From positions 14,609-78,608 of the forward strand of contig JAYZEM010000003.1 of the NCBI GenBank assembly GCA_036337275.1: a stretch of 64,000 nt of DNA, given 5' to 3'. Position 1 is the first letter of the stretch. Every line of letters starts with the position of its first letter. A model generated the notes under the pieces. That model was given only the letters and a program-made list of their open reading frames with translations. It searched no databases and was not told the DNA's origin. Both the position numbers and the translations under genes were made by a program. Shown piece by piece: positions 28,208 through 35,713 of this stretch. Source of the stretch: Bacteroidota bacterium (GTDB lineage Bacteria; Bacteroidota; Bacteroidia; Flavobacteriales; BACL11).

Positions 28208-31200
28208 TGAGAAGATTAATTTACTTTATTATTATCAGCATGCTATGCGGATTCTCTACTTTTGCGCAATACACAATGAGTAATCAAACTGTTACAACTT
28301 GCGAAGGTACATTAACCGATAGTGAAGCAAATACGGTAAATGTTGGTTATTATATCCATAATGAAAATTACAGCTTTACTATTTGCCCACCCAATGCTGT
28401 TTCTATTACTATTACTTTCACTTTTTTTGAAACAGAACTCAATAACGATTATGTAAGAATATTTGATGGACCAGATACTAATTCACCTTTAATTGGAGGG
28501 CCTTTTTCTGGAGCTAATCTACCACCAGTAGTGGTGTCAAATGGTTGTGTTACTATCAATTTTATAAGTGATATAAATGTAGCTGCAGAAGGTTTTGAAT
28601 TGAATTGGGTTGCAAATGTATTACCACCAACCGCTCCCAATATTTCATTACCAAACAGCCCAACTTGCAGCACAAATGTGTTAAGTTTTATGCTAGATCA
28701 GAATATCCATTGCGATTCTGTATCTACTGCCATAATAAATGTAGGTGGGCAATTAAATCAAACTGTTGTAGCAACTCCTATTAATTGCATAAATGATTCA
28801 ACAAATACGATTCAATTAAATTTATCACCAGGACTAAACGAGTCTGGTCTCTACAGTATTTATTTTGAGACTTATTATAAAGATCCATGTGATAGTATTT
28901 GGGTGTTATCATCTACTATTAATTTCCTTATAAATGATTGTCCTTTACAAGTAAATTTAATGACAAATAACGATACTATTTGTATAGGAGAAAGTACAGA
29001 TCTTTTTGTACAAGTTGATGGGGGAGACTCTACTTCATACAATTATAATTGGACTCCTTTTTTACCATCTTCTCCTGGTCCGCATACTGTTTCTCCTTTA
29101 GTAACTACAACATATTATATTACCGTTAGTGATGCAGGTCCAGCACAAGCGCAAACAGACTCTATGACTATTTATGTATTACCGCTTCCTGTTCCGCAAA
29201 ACGATACTACCGTTTGTAGAACAGGTCCTGATTTTAACTTAAACGCTACACCAGTAGGGGGTTCGTGGTGGGGATTTGGTATAGTAAGCGGAGGACAAGG
29301 TACTTTTTCTCCTAATACAACAGGGGCTGGAACACATACAGTAAATTATGGCTATGCAGGCTGTTCAGAAAGTATGAATATTACTGTTTTGCCTGTTGAA
29401 GCAGGTCTTGATATTGCTATTTGCCCAAATGCACCCACTTTTAATTTAAATACCTCAGCAACAACTCCTGGTGGTGTTTGGAGTGGATGTAATTGCATAT
29501 TAGCAAATGGAGATATTACAGTAGGCGCTTTCCCTTCTACTTTTGGTGCAATTTATACGCTACCTAATGGGTGTGTAGATACTTTGGAAGTAATCGTCCA
29601 AGACATTGTTACGCAAGCAGACGACACTTTATGTCAAAAGGAAGCTAATTATATCTTAAGCTTTTCTCCTCCAAATGGTTATTGGGCTACACCTCCAACA
29701 TTACCATTACAAGCAAGCGTCTGTGCAAATGCAATTGCTACTTTCCCATTTTCTGATACTTTTGAGGCGGGTCTTTTGAATTGGACTAATGATCCATTAA
29801 ATGATTTTAATTGGACTGTAAATTCAGGTGGAACACCCTCATCTGGAACAGGCCCAGGTGGCGCTTATGAAGGTAGTAATTATGTGTACACAGAAGCATC
29901 AAACGGAAATTTTCCTTATAAAAGAGCAGGTATTATTAGCCAATGCTTGAACCTTTCGCAATATAGTAATCCTATTTTACATTTCTGGTATCATATGTAT
30001 GATAACCCAGGAACTGGCCCTCAACCAGGACAGGGAACATTCTCAGTTGATATTTCTACAGACAATGGTACAACTTGGATAAATGATATCTGGCTTAGAA
30101 GTGGTAATCAAGGAAATCAATGGATAGAAACTGCTATAGACTTAAGTAATTATAACACTTCTACTGAAGTTTATATTAGGCTTAGAGTAGTTACTGGGAT
30201 CCACTGGCAATCAGATGTAGCGGTGGACATGTTGTCATTTTTAGGGGGGGCAATTACCCCTAATGGAGTTTTCTTACCCATAATTGCAGATTCTGGCAGT
30301 CATACTCTAATCTACAATATTCAAGGCTGTTCTGATACTGTAAACCTTTATCTAAAACCTATTGATGCTGGAAATGATATGGATGTTTGCCCTACATCAA
30401 GTCCATTCAATTTGGCTGGGATACCATCTGGAGGTCTTTGGACGGGAACCCATATAACAAATCCTATTAACGGACTATTTAATCCTGCTTTAGGCTTGGG
30501 AGTAGATGATGTAACTTATACATTTGATGGGTGTACAGATACCGCATTTATATCTGTACAATCAACTGATGTCGTCTTGGATAGTATATTTGCTTGCAAT
30601 GATGGTGCAATCATTACACTTGATTCAATGCTTTTTTCTCGCTCTCCAACTTATGGTAGTTGGAGTGGAAATGGTATCATTTCATCTACTTATCCTGGAG
30701 AGTTCGATCCTACAATTGCAGGCGCAGGAAGCCACACTATTTATTATACAGCTAATTCGTGTACCGATAGTATTATTTTTGATATAGCACCGCCAAGCAT
30801 ACTAACAGATACAATTATTTGTTCAACTGCAGCCGACTTCTTTTTATCTGCTAATCCTTCTGGTGGTCAATGGGCAGGGCAGGGGATAGTCAATAACAAT
30901 ACTGGCATATTCTCACCAACTTTAGCTGGAGTAGGAGTGCATGATGTTTATTATCAGTCACCTATTGGTTGTATGGATACAACTACTATCACAGTTTATA
31001 ATAATCCGCTTTTATCAATGAGTGGGTTGTTAGGTAATTATTGTTTTGTAGATACCCTTATTCCAATTACTGTAAATCCTACTGGTGGGATTTTATCAGG
31101 AAATGGTATTAATAATTTGACTTTTAATCCCGCTCTTGCTGGGCCTGGATATCATATTATTACTTATACCTATGGCTCAGGTACATGTGTGATTGATATT

Positions 31201-32316
31201 GACACCCTTGTACTTGTTGGAGATTCATTAAACTTAAATACCTATGCTACTAAGGATAGCATCTGTTTTGGAGAAACGATATCTATTGGCGCAAACATAT
31301 CTGGAGGAATTGGAAGTAATTATAGTTTTTCTTGGGGTAATAGTTTAGGAAATAGTTTTGAGCATTTGGTAAGTCCTACAACAAGCACTAATTATAATGT
31401 AGTGGTTACTGATGGCTGCACTGAGCCAGCAATAGGCAGTATTGATATTTTTGTTTACCCCACCTTTAGCCTTAGCTTTAATACCAGTACAAAAGATTGT
31501 TATGGAGCACTCGGTTACGCAAAAGTGAATGTAACAGGAAACAGTAATTATGACTATCAGTGGAATACAAATCCGATACAAACATCTGATAGTATTAATG
31601 CATCTGTAGCTAGAAATTATAGTTTAACGGTTACTGATAATGCTTCTAATTGTAGTATTTCAGATACCATCAGTATTCCTGGATATGATGATGTTTATGC
31701 TAGTTTTTTTATAAATAAAGAAAAATGCATATCCATATTAGATGGTGGTTTTCAGTTTATTGACAACAGTAATGTAAATATCGGGGAAATATCCTCTTCA
31801 AGTTTTTGGAGTTTTGGAGACAGCACATCAGTGCCTTATGTTTTTGGTACAAACCCAGAACATATTTATAGCGATACTGGAAATTATTTGGTGAATCTAG
31901 TGCTAATTAATAATGGATATTGCACAGATACAGCGTCATTGATGGTTTGTCTTTTCCCAGATAACAAGATTTTCGTTCCTAATAGTTTCACACCTAATCT
32001 GGATCATTGTAACGATGAGTTTTTTGTGAAAGGCGTAGGAGGGTTCTTTGAGTTTAACATCAAAATATATAAAAGGTGGGGGGGGGACATTGTGTTTGAA
32101 TCAGATGAAATTATACTTACCGATAGTTATTCTGACGGGAATTTATGTAACATCCAGCAAGAATTATATGATTATTATAAAATGGGTGCATGGAACGGAT
32201 TACTTGAAAATGGACAACAGGCACCAATGGGTGTTTATGCTTTTGTGATTGAATATAAACAATTAGCCGACTCACCAAAGGAGAAAATTGTAGGCACTAT
32301 AACACTTATTAGATGA
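28207..32316 (+). CDS. Large T9SS type B cargo adhesin-like protein (CUB, tandem repeats, MAM, PKD)
   Basis: CUB (FETE..DYVRIFDG...F.SD...GF), MAM (WT..SGGTPSSGTGP...YVYTEAS...HFWYHMY), repeats GGxWxGxGI..GxFxP..AGxGxH, WSFGD (PKD), FVPNSFTPN..ND...TLIR (CTD). Confidence 0.88.
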   Translation: MRRLIYFIIISMLCGFSTFAQYTMSNQTVTTCEGTLTDSEANTVNVGYYIHNENYSFTICPPNAVSITITFTFFETELNNDYVRIFDGPDTNSPLIGGPFSGANLPPVVVSNGCVTINFISDINVAAEGFELNWVANVLPPTAPNISLPNSPTCSTNVLSFMLDQNIHCDSVSTAIINVGGQLNQTVVATPINCINDSTNTIQLNLSPGLNESGLYSIYFETYYKDPCDSIWVLSSTINFLINDCPLQVNLMTNNDTICIGESTDLFVQVDGGDSTSYNYNWTPFLPSSPGPHTVSPLVTTTYYITVSDAGPAQAQTDSMTIYVLPLPVPQNDTTVCRTGPDFNLNATPVGGSWWGFGIVSGGQGTFSPNTTGAGTHTVNYGYAGCSESMNITVLPVEAGLDIAICPNAPTFNLNTSATTPGGVWSGCNCILANGDITVGAFPSTFGAIYTLPNGCVDTLEVIVQDIVTQADDTLCQKEANYILSFSPPNGYWATPPTLPLQASVCANAIATFPFSDTFEAGLLNWTNDPLNDFNWTVNSGGTPSSGTGPGGAYEGSNYVYTEASNGNFPYKRAGIISQCLNLSQYSNPILHFWYHMYDNPGTGPQPGQGTFSVDISTDNGTTWINDIWLRSGNQGNQWIETAIDLSNYNTSTEVYIRLRVVTGIHWQSDVAVDMLSFLGGAITPNGVFLPIIADSGSHTLIYNIQGCSDTVNLYLKPIDAGNDMDVCPTSSPFNLAGIPSGGLWTGTHITNPINGLFNPALGLGVDDVTYTFDGCTDTAFISVQSTDVVLDSIFACNDGAIITLDSMLFSRSPTYGSWSGNGIISSTYPGEFDPTIAGAGSHTIYYTANSCTDSIIFDIAPPSILTDTIICSTAADFFLSANPSGGQWAGQGIVNNNTGIFSPTLAGVGVHDVYYQSPIGCMDTTTITVYNNPLLSMSGLLGNYCFVDTLIPITVNPTGGILSGNGINNLTFNPALAGPGYHIITYTYGSGTCVIDIDTLVLVGDSLNLNTYATKDSICFGETISIGANISGGIGSNYSFSWGNSLGNSFEHLVSPTTSTNYNVVVTDGCTEPAIGSIDIFVYPTFSLSFNTSTKDCYGALGYAKVNVTGNSNYDYQWNTNPIQTSDSINASVARNYSLTVTDNASNCSISDTISIPGYDDVYASFFINKEKCISILDGGFQFIDNSNVNIGEISSSSFWSFGDSTSVPYVFGTNPEHIYSDTGNYLVNLVLINNGYCTDTASLMVCLFPDNKIFVPNSFTPNLDHCNDEFFVKGVGGFFEFNIKIYKRWGGDIVFESDEIILTDSYSDGNLCNIQQELYDYYKMGAWNGLLENGQQAPMGVYAFVIEYKQLADSPKEKIVGTITLIR
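32078..32086 (+). repeat. G9 homopolymer tract inside the T9SS CTD coding region
   Basis: AGG TGG GGG GGG GAC; longest G run I saw in the window; a G7 lies at 30244-30250 in the same gene. Confidence 0.9.
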
Positions 32317-32547
32317 TTTCAGTTTTACTTGCTTTTGGTTTTGGTGAAGAGGGGTATTACAAATTGTTTTTTTACTTATTCTCATATTACTGCTAATGAT
32401 GCTTTCTAAAAAGAAGATATGGTTTCAATTATTAGCGAAATTGAACAGACTTTTTTTACCTTCATTGTGTAAAAAGGATATTAAAAAATTAAAGAAATGG
32501 GAGATGGTATTAGTTGCCTATAGGTACTGGGTAACTAAAAATGCTAT

Positions 32548-33021
32548 CTAGTTTTTTAGTTGGGATTTTGGAAATTCTCCATTATCATCTTTTAGCTGAT
32601 ATTCAGTAAAATAAGAGAATATGCTCCAATTATCGTTTTTATTTAGTCCTAAAAAAACAATTTCTTCTACATTCTCTGTATTAGCATAATCTGAATTGTA
32701 ACGAACTGTTACATACAACCCTCCTGGAAGTCCATCAATATCTTTTTCAATTTCAGCCAAATAATATTTTCTAGATATAAAATCACCTAATTCTGGCATT
32801 AGTTCTGTACTGAAATAAGCATTCCACTGCTTAAAAGTAGTTTGGGTTTGTGTTTGCTCTGACAGCATATTCCAACAATCTTGGTATTGCTTTTTGTTAA
32901 GTTTTGCTAGCCAACTAACAGCTGTTCTCTCTGCGTCACGCAATTGTTGTTTTTGTGTTTTTTGAGCAGAACATAAAAACACAGAAAAAGAGAGTATAAT
33001 GAGTAAAAAAAATCTTTTCAT
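32548..33021 (-). CDS. DUF4019-like exported protein
   Basis: Signal peptide MKRFFLL; A..WL..L....Y...W, LG...SR, GLPGGLYV.VRY and E.V; start set to 33021. Confidence 0.75.
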   Translation of the reverse strand: MKRFFLLIILSFSVFLCSAQKTQKQQLRDAERTAVSWLAKLNKKQYQDCWNMLSEQTQTQTTFKQWNAYFSTELMPELGDFISRKYYLAEIEKDIDGLPGGLYVTVRYNSDYANTENVEEIVFLGLNKNDNWSIFSYFTEYQLKDDNGEFPKSQLKN

Positions 33022-33039
33022 ATCATATAAATCGATTCG

Positions 33040-33047
33040 CAAAACTA
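33040..33047 (-). promoter_or_regulatory. -7 promoter element (TAGTTTTG) for the DUF4019-like gene
   Basis: TAnnTTTG match. Confidence 0.5.
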
Positions 33048-33245
33048 AGAATATAAAGAGAATTAAGACGAATTATTGTATTCAAAAATGAAGAAATTAA
33101 TAATTAAAGCAGAAGGAAATAAATTAAAATAGATTAGATGAACATCATATCATATTGATTTTCTGTATTTTATGTAAATTTAAAAAATGTCATTAAAATT
33201 TGGGATTTTCATTTATTTCTGATTAGTTTTATAATCACCAAAACA

Positions 33246-33260
33246 TAGTATTAACCAAAA
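33246..33260 (+). promoter_or_regulatory. Conserved leader motif TAGTATTAACCAAAA, copy 1
   Basis: Identical to 33938-33952; ends 10 nt before ATG 33271. Confidence 0.7.
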
Positions 33261-33270
33261 CTAATGTAAT

Positions 33271-33468
33271 ATGGCTTATGAGCACAAAAACAGTAAAGGG
33301 CAAACTTACTACTTACACACACAAGAAGTAAAATTAAAATCGTCAAACAAACAACAGACGATTTATTTCTTTGCTAAAGACAAAAGATCGAATGCTTGTG
33401 ATATTCCAGCAGGGAAGACGGTTGTTGAAAATAAAAGAACAGGACTTCCTTTTTTGAAAAAAGCTTAA
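33271..33468 (+). CDS. Small basic hypothetical protein, paralog 1 (65 aa)
   Basis: 39/65 identical to the protein at 33964; own terminator; 13 K/R vs 5 D/E. Confidence 0.9.
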   Translation: MAYEHKNSKGQTYYLHTQEVKLKSSNKQQTIYFFAKDKRSNACDIPAGKTVVENKRTGLPFLKKA

Positions 33469-33493
33469 TTCTAATCTTTTTACCCAAAAACAT

Positions 33494-33524
33494 GAAAAAC
33501 CCCAAAAAATTGGGGTTTTTCTTT
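33494..33524 (+). terminator. Intrinsic terminator
   Basis: GAAAAACCCCAA-AAAA-TTGGGGTTTTTC stem plus T tail. Confidence 0.85.
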
Positions 33525-33937
33525 ACACTTTAGCTTAATAATTTTCCACTATTTTTAAAGCAAAACAAACTATAATTAGAAAATTTTAACTGAGAAAAAG
33601 TACTAAATCAAGCTTTTTCTAGAACAAATTATTATTTTTTAATCTCTATTTATTAACCGTTTTAGAGGTGTAAATTGTCGTTTTTTATAAGCAACCCTAA
33701 TTTTGAATTTGCATTTTAAAACTACTAGGTTAGAGGCTGTGTATCTATTTGATAAACAGATAATTAAATTGCCATGCAAATCGTCGGTTTCTTAGTAACT
33801 ATTTCTTTTACTAGGTTAGTAAGTGCTTATTTTTCTTTTTGTTAATCTATAGTTATTAACAACTGTTTTTCAAATATTTTGAAGTAAATTAGTCAAGATA
33901 CAGTAATTTTTATAAATTAGTAGCAGAAAAATTAACC

Positions 33938-33952
33938 TAGTATTAACCAAAA
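33938..33952 (+). promoter_or_regulatory. Conserved leader motif TAGTATTAACCAAAA, copy 2
   Basis: Identical to 33246-33260; ends 11 nt before ATG 33964. Confidence 0.7.
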
Positions 33953-33963
33953 AATTATTAACT

Positions 33964-34161
33964 ATGGGCTATTCACACACAAACAAAAAAGGAACAACTT
34001 ATTACTTAAATTGTAAAGATGTTACTTTAAAGTCAACTGGAAGAGTACAGAGAATTTATTATTTCTCAAAAGATCAAAGATCTACAGCTTGCGATCTTCC
34101 TGATGGAAAAAGAGTTGTTGAAAATGACAAAACTGGATTACCATTCTTAAAAGGTAAATAA
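33964..34161 (+). CDS. Small basic hypothetical protein, paralog 2 (65 aa)
   Basis: Gap-free alignment to paralog 1; own terminator; 13 K/R vs 6 D/E. Confidence 0.9.
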   Translation: MGYSHTNKKGTTYYLNCKDVTLKSTGRVQRIYYFSKDQRSTACDLPDGKRVVENDKTGLPFLKGK

Positions 34162-34184
34162 GTCAAAAACACAGCTAAAAATTT

Positions 34185-34213
34185 AAAAGCCCTGATTCTA
34201 GGGCTTTTTTTTT
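34185..34213 (+). terminator. Intrinsic terminator
   Basis: AAAAGCCCT-GATTCT-AGGGCTTTT plus long T run. Confidence 0.88.
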
Positions 34214-34322
34214 ATTCCTAAACTTCTTCTTAACTAAAAAAAGAATGGGAAGTAATTTGTTTTTATAGTACATACTATATATAGAGTCAATGCTTTTATC
34301 TGGTAGTGATTAAATCACTTTT

Positions 34323-34350
34323 TTGTCCTATAATTAATATTATGTTAAAT
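34323..34350 (+). other. dif site (XerCD chromosome dimer resolution)
   Basis: TTGTCCTATAA-TTAATA-TTATGTTAAAT: 11-6-11 layout; XerD arm identical to E. coli dif; intergenic; genes converge on it. Confidence 0.9.
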
Positions 34351-34363
34351 AGAAAATTTAATA

Positions 34364-34388
34364 TAAAAGGGAGTCTCACTCCCTCTTT
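34364..34388 (-). terminator. Possible terminator for the gyrA-peptidase-TPR transcript
   Basis: AGGGAGT-GAG-ACTCCCT stem followed by TTTATA on the minus strand; about 140 nt after the stop. Confidence 0.45.
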
Positions 34389-34525
34389 AATTATTTACTA
34401 GTCACATATACCCTTGCTTATAGATATAAACTTACTGTCAATACAATTATATTCGAAGGTAATTACACTAGAACCTTTATTATTTTCATATGTTATAGTG
34501 TTATCTGGCTTACCGTAAGACGGTG

Positions 34526-35710
34526 CTACCCCCCAGCAGGATTGGCTTCCAAAAGCTTTTTCATTCGGTTGGAACTATCATAGTCTCCTTTTAACGCATA
34601 TAATTGTTTTAAAGAAATTATTGTATTCTTATCTTCAGCATCTAATTCAAAAGCTCTTTCCATATACGGTAATGCTTTTGTGAAATTATCATTTGCTTGT
34701 TTTGTAAGCGCTTTATACTTAGCGTCAGATTTAGCATCACTCGCCTTCCCTTTAAGTTTTACACCGTAATTGAAATACAATGCTCCAAGATTATAGTTTG
34801 TACCAAAAGAACTAGAATTAATATCTAGTGCTGATTTATAATCTTTTTCTGCTAATTCAAGACTCCCTTCTTGATCGTAAATGGTACCTCTATTAAAATA
34901 AAGCAAATCATTCTCAGGATCAATTGAAATAGCTTCAGATAATTTTTCAATTAATTCAGAAGTTCTACCTAGTTGAATAAAAAGATTAAGTTCTGTATTA
35001 ATCAAGCCTTGATCATCCTCAAACATATCTCGTCCTAATGCTAAATACTCAATCGCTTTTTCTGTATTTCCCTCCTCAATAAAGATATTACTCATATGGA
35101 TATAGATCGCAGGCTCGTTAAAATTAATATCAATCAATTGCTGAAGAATAAGCTTAGACTTTGAATTGTTCTTCATTTTATGAGATGCAAAAAAAGAATT
35201 ATACAAGATAGTTTCTTTTGTAATATTTCCTCTTTTTAATTGATCTCCCTCATCATAAGGAAGAATATCATAAATGGCTTCATAAAGTGTAATTGCTCGT
35301 TGGTATTGGTCTGCATTATATTCTTCAATTGCTTTATTAAATAACTTATAAGCACACTGCACCAATCCTGATAAGATATCTTCTTTGGATGTCCATTTCC
35401 GTACAACTACTCTTCCTTTCTGATCTGTTTGTAAACATTTAAGATGAGCTTCTGTTGCTTTTAGCACAGCATCGTTATCCAACTGCTCTTCTTTTAATGC
35501 AATTTCTAAGTAAATTGGTGCTCTATAATTCCACATCTTAGGATCATTCGCAGTACTTTCAGTTGCATAGGCCTCATCAATATACTGTTTAGCCTCAGCA
35601 AGTTTCTCTTGTCGTAGCGCAATTGATGCATTAACTACATTATGTTTTTGTGCAAATCCTACAAAAGACATTGTAGAAACCAACAATGTTACCAATATTC
35701 TCTGTGTCAT
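34526..35710 (-). CDS. Exported tetratricopeptide repeat protein
   Basis: Signal peptide; multiple TPRs (YFNRG, YNLGALY); usual downstream partner of gyrA. Confidence 0.88.
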   Translation of the reverse strand: MTQRILVTLLVSTMSFVGFAQKHNVVNASIALRQEKLAEAKQYIDEAYATESTANDPKMWNYRAPIYLEIALKEEQLDNDAVLKATEAHLKCLQTDQKGRVVVRKWTSKEDILSGLVQCAYKLFNKAIEEYNADQYQRAITLYEAIYDILPYDEGDQLKRGNITKETILYNSFFASHKMKNNSKSKLILQQLIDINFNEPAIYIHMSNIFIEEGNTEKAIEYLALGRDMFEDDQGLINTELNLFIQLGRTSELIEKLSEAISIDPENDLLYFNRGTIYDQEGSLELAEKDYKSALDINSSSFGTNYNLGALYFNYGVKLKGKASDAKSDAKYKALTKQANDNFTKALPYMERAFELDAEDKNTIISLKQLYALKGDYDSSNRMKKLLEANPAGG

Positions 35711-35713
35711 TTC

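Noticed and set aside
32313-32396. 27-aa ORF overlapping the adhesin stop codon
   Set aside because: Very short and featureless; expected by chance
33246-33952. CRISPR-like or toxin-antitoxin reading of the repeats and twin small genes
   Set aside because: Repeats are only 10-15 bp and irregularly spaced, with no cas genes; the two ORFs are separately terminated paralogs, not a coupled pair
33469-33963. oriC in the AT-rich spacer (TTATTAACA at 33853-33861 resembles a DnaA-box variant)
   Set aside because: Only one good box, within 500 bp of dif, and genes converge rather than diverge; kept only as an unexplained motif
22845-34350. Genomic island or Xer-integrated element ending at dif
   Set aside because: No integrase, replication gene, second att site or obvious compositional break; the genes carry host-type T9SS and lipoprotein signals
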